A stretch of 57,939 nucleotides of DNA, filler included, from Malassezia furfur (taxonomy: Eukaryota): assembly GCA_052055015.1 (NCBI GenBank). It is 3 parts of 3 records of this genome, joined end to end, with 100 filler letters (N's around TTAATTAATTAA, not from the genome) between each part and the next. Parts side by side here need not be neighbours in the genome. Positions count along the whole stretch, not along the records: positions 38,710 to 57,939 come from JBQJIT010000195.1; 2 more parts are not named here. One strand, written 5' to 3'. The position numbers were made by a program, and so were the translations under genes. Within the stretch, counting starts at the first letter, position 1. Each line of letters begins with the position of its first letter. Positions 42,740 through 55,003 of this stretch are shown in pieces. The notes below the pieces were generated by a model, which saw only the letters and a program-made list of their open reading frames with translations, was not told the origin of the DNA and made no database searches.

Positions 42740-43440
42740 CTAGGCGAGCTGCTCGCCGGACGACAGGAGCGCCTGCCGCGCTTCGTGCTCGTGATTGTCC
42801 ACGGGCGGCACCTCGTCGTACTCACCCTCGTCGGGCGTCTCGAGCACAATCTTACGCAGCAGCTCGTATGCCCGGTTCAGGTCGTCGTTCACAATGATGT
42901 AGTCAAACGAGCCCGACTTGCGCGCGTAGTGCAGCTCGTGTAGCGCCATCTTGAGCCGGCGCGTGATGGCCTCGTCCGTGTCGGTGTTGCGCCCTTCGAG
43001 ACGCTGACGCAGCGCACCGTACGAGGGGGGGGATACGAAGACGTACACGGGGTTCAGGTGCGCGTGGTTCATCTTGATCAGCTTTACCCCCTGCGAATCG
43101 ATGTCCAAGATCGCACGGCGATGTCCGTGCTCCGACGAGCTCACGCTCTGCACCGCCTTGGCAGTAGTGCCGTACAGGTTCCCGCTGAACTCTGCATATT
43201 CAAGGAACTCGCCGAGCTTGATCAGCCGCTGGAATTCGTCGCGCGACACAAAGTGGTACGACTTCCCGTCCGTCTCCCCCGGGCGGATCTGACGCGTGGT
43301 GTCTGGGTCAGCACATCGCACGTACGGCTCACGCTGAACCCGAACTTGTTCGGGAACTCATCAAAGAGACGCTTGATCAGCGTGCTCTTGCCCACGCCCG
43401 AGGGGCCGCACAGCACAAGGGGACGCAGCGTGCTCATCAT
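42740..43440 (-). CDS. GUK1: Guanylate kinase, 1 intron
   Basis: [13 protein letters not shown]^HTTR via intron 43303-43325, [23 protein letters not shown]. Confidence 0.96.
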
Positions 43441-43532
43441 GCGGAGTACCAAGAAGACCGCTGCGCCTTGCCAAAAAAAGGTGGGTCACGTGGCCATAGC
43501 GCGTCGCGGTACTCTCGCCAACAGCATCGACC

Positions 43533-44794
<1,262 letters not shown>

Positions 44795-44866
44795 GATAAT
44801 TAAGCTTCCGTATCTCGCGAATTGGGCCAATTTGGCGCGAATGACGCTGACTAAGAGGGTATGCTG

Positions 44867-46433
44867 CTACCAACCAAAGAGGCCGTCGGCCAGCCTGCCT
44901 ACGACCGACTTGGACGCAGGCGGGGCACCAGGCTGCGAGGCGCTCGCCGGCGTGCCGCCGAGCGTATTGCGCCACATTGCCTCACCTGCGCTCACCGCCG
45001 CGCGCAGGGGCGACAGGCCGGGCGTCGACGGGTTCTTCTGGGCGAGCGCCGAGATCGGGGTGTCGACCACATCGATCGGGCGGCCAAAGAGCGGCGTGCT
45101 CTTGTTTTGCAGCGGCGCACGCGCCGGGGCGGGCGTGCTCGGCGCCGGGGGCTTGGCATCGGACTGGCCAAGGAGCGCGGCGTCGAGTCCGCGGATCTGG
45201 CTGAGCTCATGCAGCGCATCGCTTTCCCAGCGCACACCGATCATGCAGGTATTCGCCACGAGCTGACCACTGCGGCGCACCGCCATGAGCGCCTGGTACG
45301 GCGCGCCGTACGTGAGCCGCGCAATCGAGGGCAGCGCACCCTTGGGCGGCTTGCCGTCGGTCGTCGCGAGCAGGTCCGACTGGGCATGATCCAGCGGCAC
45401 TTCCTCGCTCTTCTGGAGTCCGCCGATCGCTGCAAAATGGTCCACCACGCGCGTGTAGAGGTAGCCGGGGAAGCCATAGACCAGGACCACGCGCTGCGCG
45501 ATCGGCACCTCTGCCGGTGCCTTTTCCGGCGTCGCCGTGGCACGCGTGCTGAGCGACGCCTGGAATGCCAGGGGGGCCTGCTGGGCCACATCCGTCAGCG
45601 CATCGGCCGGCGGCGCATCGTCGTCGTCCATGGCGCTCGTGTTGGCCTCCACGCCAAAGAAGTTGGTGCTAGGTGCAGCGGCCGGCTCGCTCGGTGCGCG
45701 CAGCAGGTACGTGCGGTCCGGATCTTCCTGCTTGCGCGTGCCGCGCAGGCCTCCCTGGCCAAAGATGCTGCCCTCGCGTCCTTTGTTGGCCGGGGGCGGC
45801 GAGTGGGCGAAGCGGCTATCGTCTGCGGCTTGCGATACGTTGAAGAACGACGAGCTGAAGCGGTTCGTCGGCGACGCGCTCGGCGCGGCGCGCCTGCTCG
45901 CCTGGGTCTCTTTGCCGCCGGGCAGCACCAGCGAAGTGTCTGCGTCGCGCGCCGGTGGGGACGCCGACTCGATTGGGCGGTGCGATGACGAGCTCGCCTG
46001 CGTTAGCCATGGTACGTACGCGCTCATTCCCACGCATCTTGGAGAGGTATCCTGGGAGGTAGTTGACCGGCGCCTGGCCCGGCTGCATCGGCGACGGCTG
46101 CGCACTCAGCGGCTGCGGCGGCGCCGGCGAGTAGGTAGCGTTTCCAGCAAACAAGGACGTATTTTGCTGGCTCTGTGGCGTGCCGAGCGTGGTCTGCTGC
46201 CCCCACTGCGGTGTGGTCTGGGGCGCCATCGGCTGCTGCGGGCGGTTCTGCGGTGTGAAAGTATTCGTGCCCTGCGGCTGCAGCAGCCCGGCCTGGCCGT
46301 GGGCGGGCGTCGCGGGCGAGGCACCGATGGACGGATTCCCGAACTGCATGCCCCCCTGCGATCCGAAGGGCGTAGCGGTCGTCTTCTGCGCCCAAGGCGA
46401 GCTGCCTTGTGCCTGCTGCGACGCCGAAAACAT
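44867..46433 (-). CDS. Nucleoporin Nup53/Nup35 family, 1 intron
   Basis: YLPGYL, RRM-like VLVYGFP..HFAAIG..LTY..ALMAVRRSGQ..MIGVRW, C-terminal amphipathic VVGRLADGLFGW; intron 45998-46019. Confidence 0.85.
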
Positions 46434-46591
46434 CACGAGCGAGCGTGGGTGGGACGAGCGCACACATATTTCCCCAAGGCGACCCAACCCGCGCGGCACG
46501 TGAGCGCAGACCAACACAAACGCGTCGGCCACGCCCAGTGACCTTGTGCTTGTCCTACGCCCACGGCCCGTCTCGTAGCACCGCACGAGCC

Positions 46592-47562
46592 ATGGAGAAC
46601 TACCAGAAGATTGAGAAGGTCGGAGAAGGTACGTGAGACGCGCTCACGCAAGGCACATACGGTGTTGTGTACAAGGCGCGCGACCTTACCCCGGGTGCCA
46701 ATGGGCGTATTGTGGCCCTGAAGAAGATCCGCCTCGAGGCCGAAGACGAGGGCGTTCCCTCGACGGCCATCCGCGAGATTAGTCTCCTGAAGGAGCTGCG
46801 CGATGAGAATATCGTGCGGCTCCTCGAGATCATCCACCAGGAGTCGCGGCTGTACCTCGTGTTTGAGTTCCTGGACCTCGATTTGAAGAAGTACATGGAC
46901 AATGTCTCGAGCCAGCCCGAGGGCCTGGGACCCGAGATTGTCATGGCACGTACCCACCGCTGACCCCAGAAATTCACATACCAGCTTGTGCGCGGCATCT
47001 ACTTCTGCCACGCCCACCGTATCCTGCACCGGGACTTGAAGCCCCAGAATCTGTTGATCGACAAGGAGGGCAACCTCAAACTTGCCGACTTTGGCCTTGC
47101 GCGTGCGTTTGGCATTCCCCTGCGCACATACACCCACGAAGTGGTCACGCTGTGGTACCGCGCCCCCGAGGTCCTTTTGGGCTCGCGCCACTACAACACG
47201 GCGATCGACATGTGGTCGGTCGGATGCATCTTTGCGGAGATGGCCATGCGCACGCCGTTGTTCCCCGGCGACTCGGAGATTGACGAGATCTTCCGCATCT
47301 TCCGCACGCTCGGTACCCCCAACGACGAGACGTGGCCCGGTGTCAAGTCACTTCCCGACTACAAGACGTCCTTCCCCCAATGGAGCGGTGTTCCGCTCAA
47401 GAAGGCCGTGCCTGCATTGGACGACAACGGCCTTGATCTACTCCGGCAGATGCTCGTGTACGACCCCGCGAGCCGGATAAGCGGTACGTTGGAATACCCC
47501 ACTGACGCCCAGCCAAGCGCTCCCTGCAGCACCCCTACTTTTCCGCGGTGACGGCCCATTGA
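46592..47562 (+). CDS. CDC28: Cyclin-dependent kinase 1, 3 introns (one GC-AG)
   Basis: GE^[43 protein letters not shown]; introns 46629-46652, 46946-46969, 47484-47512. Confidence 0.97.
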
Positions 47563-47704
47563 CAGAACATTGCCCGGAACCGACCGATCACTGCACGAGG
47601 ACCGTAGCAAAGAATGCACAGCTATGACAACACTTTGTACAGGTGCTAATAGGCAATGCGGCTGTGGCATCACCCGCACGGGTATGAGGACCTGGCGCAA
47701 GCCA

Positions 47705-48382
47705 TTAGACGTTGTGCCAGAGGAAGTTGCGCATGCTATCCCACTTGTCCGAGAGCACATACAGGTCTGGGTCAGCAGCGCGCGCCACATACAATCCATG
47801 CTGTTCACCAGCCCACCGTTGAGACGCTGGCGGCGGTTGACAAAGAGCCACATCACCGTACCCCAGGTGATCGCCGCGAAAATCTGATGGGCAGTGTTGT
47901 CAACCGGAATCACCTTGTCTGCGGGGTAATCGGAGGGCACCTTGGCGCGCGGCAGTAGCGACGCAATGCAGCGGCCCACACAGTACAGTACAATCTGGGT
48001 CAGTCTGTGCCATGCATACCTGTTCGTTGATGGGCGTGCGCTCACCAAACATGTACCAGCCGCCGATGAGACCAGCAATGAACGAATGGTTGGGGCTTTG
48101 CTTCCCGCTGGGCGACAGGTCACGCAGTATGGCCAGGATAGTCTTGTAAATCGCCACGTACGATCCCAGACGCACAGCGTGCTGGCGCGTGGCGGTCAAA
48201 ACCTTGCGGAACTTTTCACGCGGGGAACCCGAGCCAAAAAGAAAGACCATGACCAGGGCGTGCGGGAAGCGAATTTTGGCACCATACACGAGACCGTTCC
48301 GCGCGCCCTTCACAACGGAGAGCATATCATGGTTCGCGGGGTTCAAGATAAACTTCGTGAGCGCTCCCTGGATCTGCGACAT
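47705..48382 (-). CDS. PXMP4: Peroxisomal membrane protein 4 (PXMP4/PMP24), 2 introns
   Basis: KGARNGLVYGAKIRFPHALVM, INEQ^IVLY, WGTVMWLF, SMD^YLY..NFLWHN; introns 47995-48019, 47767-47792. Confidence 0.92.
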
Positions 48383-48453
48383 GTTCCCCACCGTACGAAG
48401 GTTCCGTATGGAGCTCCGGCTGACCCCAACCTGCCGGACAAGCCCCCCCCCAC

Positions 48454-48463
48454 NNNNNNNNNN
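48454..48463. other. 10-N assembly gap after a poly-C run
   Basis: Visible Ns. Confidence 0.95.
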
Positions 48464-48820
48464 CGTGCTGACCTAATGTTTATGGATGCGCTTGGGCCGC
48501 CAATTTCGTTTTCAGGCGAGGTAGCCCTCCTGACCTACGTGCCGAAAGGCCACGTGAACGCTGAGTCAGTGTGCTACGCGCCAATGTACACGGGATGGAA
48601 TGACGCGTGCGATTTGTAGATTTTAGACTGGCGCGCATTACAATGCTCCTGTGATGTGTGGGGTGCAGTTCTCACCATGCCCTTTTCGCCTCGGGCGTAA
48701 TCTGCTGGGGCCTGCGCTACTTAGTACTCCAGGAAGGCCTCAGCGCTTTACTTCGCCACTCCGTTCCTGTGTACACCACTACTCCTTTCCCCCCCTTTCC
48801 TGACACCTCACGACACTCCG

Positions 48821-50299
48821 ATGGAGCACAAACGCGTGCTAGTGCGCCGCGCTGCGCGTGCGTCCTGCCGCTCCGAAGATATCTACGTCGCACCTAAGGC
48901 GGCCTCGTCGATTAATTCGGGCAGCACGACGCTGCAATGGAATACGAAATGCGTTACCAGCGGGAACGTGGACATATACCTCTATGCACAACAGCAGCAG
49001 GCTGCCGTGCGTCCCATCCACGCCTGGCTTGGGCTCCCTGCAGGACAGGGGTCTGCGAACGTTCAGCTGCTCCCCGAGTGGTGGAACGGTACTAGCAAAC
49101 TTCCCATGAACCTGCAGATCGTCCCCTCGGGCGGCCAGGCATGGGAGACTCAGTACCCCATGAGTAAGAGCTTCACGGTACTGAGCGCCTCGGGGCTCCC
49201 GTCGGGCACCGAAAACGTTACCTCGCCGCACGTCACGGACTACTCGGGCTCGGGCCAGATTGGAACGGGTCCGCTAGCCGCCGCCATTGTCGTGCCGATT
49301 GTCGTTGTCTTGGCGTTGTTCGGCGCAACCTTTGTCTGGCTGCACAAGCGCAAGCTGAAGCGTCACGAGCAAAAGGTGCGGACGCTGGCCAGTTCGCAGT
49401 ACTCGGGATCAGGCACGCCCGCCATGTCCCAGGCACCCAGCGTGCCGCCGATGAGCGTGTACAATGCATACCCTTATGCACCGGAGCCATCGCAGGAGCC
49501 CGAGTACATGCAGGACCAGGATATGGCCGTGGCGGCGCCTGCCATCCCGGAAAAGGTGCTCGAGCTTGTGCCGGAGAAGGAGGCGAACAGCTCGATCGGT
49601 GACCTGACAGGCTCGCAGACGGCCGATGACAGCCTCACGATGAACAACTCGGATCACGAGGAAGAGCTCGACTCGGTGCGCAACACGTCGTCGTCGCGCC
49701 TGCACTATGCCGGCTTTACGCGCCCACGCCGTATGGCCGACCCCGACTCGTGGTACGATCGGCCGTACGGCGAGCCGACGGCCCCATCGCGGCGCACGGC
49801 CCGCGAAGACAACTTTGTGCCAAAGCGGCAGCCTCGCGGCCGTCGCTCGAGGCTCAGTGTACTGGACGTCGCTGTTCAGCCGACGACGCGCGAGGCGCGT
49901 GCTGGTCACCCTCGCGTTTATGAGATGGAGGACGCGCCGGAGCCGCGCCAGGCTGGTGCGGTGACGCCTGCCATTCCCGCGCAGTACCTCTCTGGTCCGG
50001 AGCGAGAGCCGTTCACGCTCGTGGACGACTCGAGCCAACGCCGCGTCTTGTCGAACCAGCTTGGCAGCCACTCGGCGGCCGAGAAGGTGTCGGCCTATCT
50101 GTCTCAACTACCCTCTTTTGATCAATCATCGTATGCGGACGACGAAGCCCCCGCAGAGCAACGCACCGAGGCCGCCGGCGGCGCCGGACGCATCAGCCGG
50201 CGGCCATCGAACGCGTCTTCTATGCACACGTCCCAGAGTCGTCCCATGTCAATGGAAGGCACCATGTTCCACGACACCTTTGTGGATGCCGAGGACTAA
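48821..50299 (+). CDS. Single-pass membrane protein of unknown function (beta-rich N domain, TM, long disordered tail)
   Basis: 492-aa ORF; Cys/Trp beta-rich region with N-glycosylation sequons, TM LAAAIVVPIVVVLALFGATFVWL then HKRKLKR. Confidence 0.75.
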   Translation: MEHKRVLVRRAARASCRSEDIYVAPKAASSINSGSTTLQWNTKCVTSGNVDIYLYAQQQQAAVRPIHAWLGLPAGQGSANVQLLPEWWNGTSKLPMNLQIVPSGGQAWETQYPMSKSFTVLSASGLPSGTENVTSPHVTDYSGSGQIGTGPLAAAIVVPIVVVLALFGATFVWLHKRKLKRHEQKVRTLASSQYSGSGTPAMSQAPSVPPMSVYNAYPYAPEPSQEPEYMQDQDMAVAAPAIPEKVLELVPEKEANSSIGDLTGSQTADDSLTMNNSDHEEELDSVRNTSSSRLHYAGFTRPRRMADPDSWYDRPYGEPTAPSRRTAREDNFVPKRQPRGRRSRLSVLDVAVQPTTREARAGHPRVYEMEDAPEPRQAGAVTPAIPAQYLSGPEREPFTLVDDSSQRRVLSNQLGSHSAAEKVSAYLSQLPSFDQSSYADDEAPAEQRTEAAGGAGRISRRPSNASSMHTSQSRPMSMEGTMFHDTFVDAED

Positions 50300-50409
50300 T
50301 GCGTTCCTGATACCCTTTCGCTAGCCTGCGGTCCTTTGTTAGATGGTTGGGCGTTCTGTTCATGCTCGGTAGCACGTGTTACGTAAATTCCCCCACATTC
50401 TGAAGGACG

Positions 50410-51421
50410 ATGACGGAGCCGCCGAGCTTGGGCCGCGTGCGCGCCGTCCTGTTCGACGTACGTGCCAAGCTCATCACAGATGGACGGCCTGCTGATTGAC
50501 AGCGAGCGTGTGCGTGTGGTGCACTCATCCAGATTTATACGGACGTCGTGAACGAGATCCTGCGGCCTCACGGCAAGGAGCAGACGTGGGAGGTCAAGTC
50601 CCAGCTGATGGGCAAGCCGGAACGCGATGCAACACGTACGTGGCACGCTGACACAGTGACCCTTTTTCGTGCGCTATGGCCGCCAAGGCCAGGCAATGCA
50701 GAGGACGAGGCGCGCGGATTCAGCGACGAGTGTCCCTTCACCATCGACTCGTTTCTGAAAGAGCGCAATGCGCGCCTTCTCCCTGCGTTCGAAAGTGTCC
50801 CCGCAATGCCGGGCGCCGAGCGGCTCGTTGCACACCTTGAGAAGCACAAGATCCCGATCTGTGTACGTGCCGCAGCTGACCAGCAGGTGGCCACTGGTAG
50901 CAAACGGTTCAACTGTGCGTCGACCCACTGACCCAGACCAAATCAAGTCTGGCGCCAATCCGACCCTTTTCCGACACTTTGGGGACCGCGCCATCTGCGG
51001 TGATGACAAGGCTGTCGTCGGTCGAGGCAAGCCCACGCCGGATATCTTCCTAGTCGCCGCGCACCACGGTTTGGGGCTGCAGCACTCCGAAGAAGGTCAG
51101 CAATTCCTGGACCGCGTGCGCCTGCCGGGCGCGGAGCACGACGGTACGCTTCGTGGCGCCGAGCATGAGATTCTCGTATTTGAGGACGCCTTGCCTGGCG
51201 TGCAAGCGGGGCTTGCCGCCGGTATGCGGGGTACGTTTGGCTCTACTAACACAATACAGTCGTGTGGGTCCCCGATCCCAACGTAAGTACAAAACAGGGG
51301 TATGCTCATGCAGCTGCGCAAGGTCACCGAGCACGGGCCCGATGTGGGCGCGCACCAGCAGATCGACTCGCTCGAAGCGTTCCAGCCGGAACTCTGGGGC
51401 CTGCCGCCGTTTGACGCTTAG
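50410..51421 (+). CDS. HAD-superfamily hydrolase (pseudouridine-5'-phosphatase/GS1-like), 7 introns
   Basis: VLFD^MDGLLIDSE, MPGAERLV, VATGS, GKPTPDIFL, LVFEDA..GV.AG.AAGM, VWVPD; introns 50458-79, 50510-32, 50636-56, 50863-86, 50915-36, 51231-59, 51283-313. Confidence 0.88.
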
Positions 51422-52102
51422 GCCGCACGCACTTTGCCCTCGGCCTCTTCCAGCTGCGGCTCGCTGGGGAGCTCATCGACAAAGTCGATCTGGGATGGGG
51501 CTGGCGCCGCGTGCTGCAGGTACGAGGGCACCTCGAACTCTTGCTCGGCTGGCTCTTCTTCGCTGAAGGTTAGGGATACGCTGGGATACGTACAGTGCTT
51601 CGAGCTCCGCTTCGAGCTCCGTCTCGTCGATATCGTCAGGCACGCCGTAGGAACGGGACATAGTCTCTTGGAGCGCATTGGATTGCTCGAGTAGGTCTTC
51701 CATGTCGTCTTGTATCCGCTCGATCTTGTCAATGTCCAAGTTGCCGTAGGTCTTGCGGAGCTGCTTGTTGGCCTGCTGCATGGCACCGACCGTGGCCATG
51801 GTGTTGCGCAGGTTTTCCGTGGTCATCATGCTCTGCTCCATGTTGTAGCTTTGTTGCGTGAGCTGTTCGATCTGCGCCTCGTACATGCGCTTCTGCTTCA
51901 GGACTCGCATCGCGCGCTGCTGCACGGCCGTTTTGCCAGGTCCATCGCGCATGCGCTTCATTTGATCGCGATAGCGGCCGAGCTCGGCATCCAGGCGACT
52001 GATTTTCACCTGCGTCGCCTCTGCGCGCGCATCTGTGCTGGCAATCGCCTGCTGCAGGTCTGGCTTGGGCTTGTTCTGCGACAGACCCAGCAAGCGGTAC
52101 AT
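51418..52102 (-). CDS. VPS60: ESCRT-III associated Snf7-family protein Vps60/CHMP5, 1 intron
   Basis: MYRLLG..PKPDL, KQKRMYE..QQSYNMEQ, IDKIERIQD, SRSYGVPDDIDETELEAELEAL; intron 51563-51593. Confidence 0.92.
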
Positions 52103-52204
52103 GGTGAGGCGGCGCGTGCGCCACGTTCGGGGAAATATGCACAATCAATCCCAGGTCGACCCGTCCACGGCCCTGCCGAGAACCGCGACGGTGCAAGTGA
52201 CACG

Positions 52205-53041
52205 ATGTCTTGGGGCGGTTTCAAGAAGTCGATCAACCGGGCAGGCACCCAGCTGATGCAGAAGACGGGTCAGCTGGAGCGCTCGGATGATTCGCGCTTC
52301 AAGGAAGAGGAGCAGAAATACCGTGAATTTGAGAAGCACACCACGGCGCTGCTCAAAAACTCGCGCGAGTACCTCGATGCGATCCGATGTACGTCTACGT
52401 GCTCTCACCCTCAGTGCTCGCGGCCTCTCAGGCGCGGATTGGAGATACGATCGAAGGGTTCTACTCGGATTCGACCGAGACGGCGATGGTGGCCAGCACC
52501 TACAAGCGGTCTGTCGAGGAGTTGGATGCGCGGACCGCCAAGGAACTCGATCTGCCGTACCGCGCGACCGTGCTGGACCCGATCAGCAAGCTCTCGAGCT
52601 ATTTCCCGGAGGTAAACAAGCTGATCGAGAAACGCAACCGCAAGCTCTTGGACTACGACGCGGCCCGTTCCCGGCACAAGAAGATTGCGGAGAAGCCGAG
52701 CGACGACCCTTCAAAGCTGCCTCGGTACGCATTTACACTAACGCAGCGCGGATCGCGAGCTGAACGATGCCAAGCTCGTCTTTGAGGCAATTGACCAGCA
52801 GCTGATGAACGAGCTGCCACAGCTGGTTGACATGCGTGTGCCATACCTGGATCCCTCGTTGGAGATGATGATCCGGGCACAGATCAAGTTTGCGCAAGAG
52901 GGCTATGAACAGCTTGGAAGTGTCCAGCGCTACTTCCCCGAGCACGTCCGCAACGAATATGCCGAGGGCCAGCTGGATACCCAGGTGGAAGGCGTGCTGC
53001 AGGAGATGCGCGCGCTGTCCATCTGCGGCACGGCTCAGTAA
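52205..53041 (+). CDS. RVS161: BAR adaptor Rvs161/Hob3, 2 introns
   Basis: MSWGGFKKSINRAGT, KRNRKLLDYD, ELPQLVDMRVPYLDPS; introns 52389-52414, 52725-52746. Confidence 0.95.
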
Positions 53042-53136
53042 CGTACATAGGTGGGCAATTCTTGAAATATTTCCGCGCTTGCTGAGGGCTGGGCTGGAAG
53101 ACGGCGCGGGGGTGGCCTCCAGCCAGGACCGGCAGC

Positions 53137-54864
53137 ATGTCTTCAACGCCCTCATCGCCGAGTGGCTCCGCAGCCTCGTCTCACTCGGACTACTCGTCTG
53201 CGACGTCGGCCGATCTCACCAACGAGACCGCCGACGTGGACCCTAAGCTGTCGCCGGAAGAGCGTGCGCAGCAGTCTGCAGAGGCGAAGGAAGCCGGCAA
53301 CCGCTGCTTTGTGCAAGGCGACTACAACCAGGCCAAAGTACTGTATACACAGGCGATTGCGCTGAACCCCAATGTTCCGGCCATCTGGAGCAACCGCGCA
53401 GCGTGCGAGCTGAAGCTGGAGCAGCACGGTCTGGCCATCGAAGACGCGGGCAAGGCCATTGAGCTGGACCCCAAGTTCACCAAGGCGTACTACCGCCGTG
53501 CCTCGGCCTACCTTTCCATCTTGGACCCGAAGGCAGCGCTTCCCGACCTGCGGAAGATCCTGCAGATTGACCCGAAAAATGCTACGGTCAAAGCGCAGCT
53601 CGACGCCACGGTCAAGCTCGTGCGCCGTCTCGAATTTGAGCGCGCGATCCGCGTCGAGGCAGCAGCGCCCACGAGTCAGACGATTGAAGAGCATCTTCAG
53701 AACGGCACAGGCGGTGCCGTGATCCGCCCCGATTACGATGGGCCGCGTCTGCCGACCGACGACGCGTCCAAGTCGCCCATTTCGCCGGCAATCGAAAGCA
53801 AGCCGTTCCTGGGCCGTATCGACGAGGCATTCATCGATAAGATGATCGACTATTTCAAGGAAGGCAAGCGGCTTCCGAACGGCATTGCATGGTCCATTAT
53901 CCTGGGTGCCATTCGTGCGTTCGAAAAGGAACCGGCGATGGTGTCGTATACCATCCCCGAAGGCACCACGATCGATGTCGTGGGAGATACCCATGGCCAG
54001 TTCTACGACTTCCTTCACCTCTTGTCTCTCACGGGCCGGCCCTCGGAGAAGCACGCCATCCTGTTCAATGGTGACTTTGTCGATCGTGGGTCGTGGTCGG
54101 TTGAGATTGCCTTGACCATCTTTGCCTACAAGTGGCTATACCCCCGCACGACTCTTGTGAACCGTGGCAACCACGAGACCAGCGACATGAACAAGGTGTA
54201 CGGTTTCGAGGGTGAGTGCAAGGCCAAGTTTGGCAATGACATCACCTTCAAGCTCTTCACCGAGTCGTTCATCGCCATCCCGCTCGCGACGCTGATCACC
54301 GCGCCGCAGCAGCCTCTGCCCGCCGACAAGCTGCCTACGAGCGCGAGCAAGTCGCCTGCTCAGGTCAAGCCGATTCTCGAGAAGGAGACGGGCTGCAAGC
54401 GCTTCTTTGTGGTGCACGGCGGTCTCTTCAGCGAAGATAACGTCACCCTCGACCAGATCACCAAAATTGATCGCTTCGCCAAGAAGCAGCCGGGCCAGGA
54501 GGGCCTGATGATGGAACTGCTTTGGAGCGACCCCCAGGCGGCGCCCGGCCGTGGGCCCAGCAAGCGCGGCGTGGGTCTCGGCTTTGGGCCGGATATTACG
54601 CGCGCCTGGTGTGAGCTGAACGGCATCACGTCCGTTTTGCGCAGCCACGAAGTGCGCCAGGGAGGCTATGCTGAAGAGCACAATGGTCTGTGCTGCACCG
54701 TGTTCTCGGCACCGAACTACTGCGACTCGGCGGGCAACTTGGCCGCGTTTGCTCGTATCGACACCCAGGGCACCCTCAGCTGGACCACGTTCAGTGCGCA
54801 GCCGCACCCCAACATCCGCCCGATGGCGTACGCCAATGGGCCGATGGGCGGTCTTCTGGCGTAG
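53137..54864 (+). CDS. PPT1: Ser/Thr protein phosphatase 5 (TPR + PPP)
   Basis: 3 TPRs, GDTHGQ, GDFVDRG, RGNHE, LLWSDP, SAPNYCD, HPNIRPMAYA. Confidence 0.96.
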   Translation: MSSTPSSPSGSAASSHSDYSSATSADLTNETADVDPKLSPEERAQQSAEAKEAGNRCFVQGDYNQAKVLYTQAIALNPNVPAIWSNRAACELKLEQHGLAIEDAGKAIELDPKFTKAYYRRASAYLSILDPKAALPDLRKILQIDPKNATVKAQLDATVKLVRRLEFERAIRVEAAAPTSQTIEEHLQNGTGGAVIRPDYDGPRLPTDDASKSPISPAIESKPFLGRIDEAFIDKMIDYFKEGKRLPNGIAWSIILGAIRAFEKEPAMVSYTIPEGTTIDVVGDTHGQFYDFLHLLSLTGRPSEKHAILFNGDFVDRGSWSVEIALTIFAYKWLYPRTTLVNRGNHETSDMNKVYGFEGECKAKFGNDITFKLFTESFIAIPLATLITAPQQPLPADKLPTSASKSPAQVKPILEKETGCKRFFVVHGGLFSEDNVTLDQITKIDRFAKKQPGQEGLMMELLWSDPQAAPGRGPSKRGVGLGFGPDITRAWCELNGITSVLRSHEVRQGGYAEEHNGLCCTVFSAPNYCDSAGNLAAFARIDTQGTLSWTTFSAQPHPNIRPMAYANGPMGGLLA

Positions 54865-55003
54865 TCAGTGTGCCGCGGTCCATGCGCGCCGCGCGCATCC
54901 CAAAACCGGGTCGCACTGTCCCATAGCACGCACGCCTTGTCCATGCACAATTTTGCTTTTTCTACGTGACACACGCTAGCAACGAGTACCGGAAGTGCAC
55001 ACG

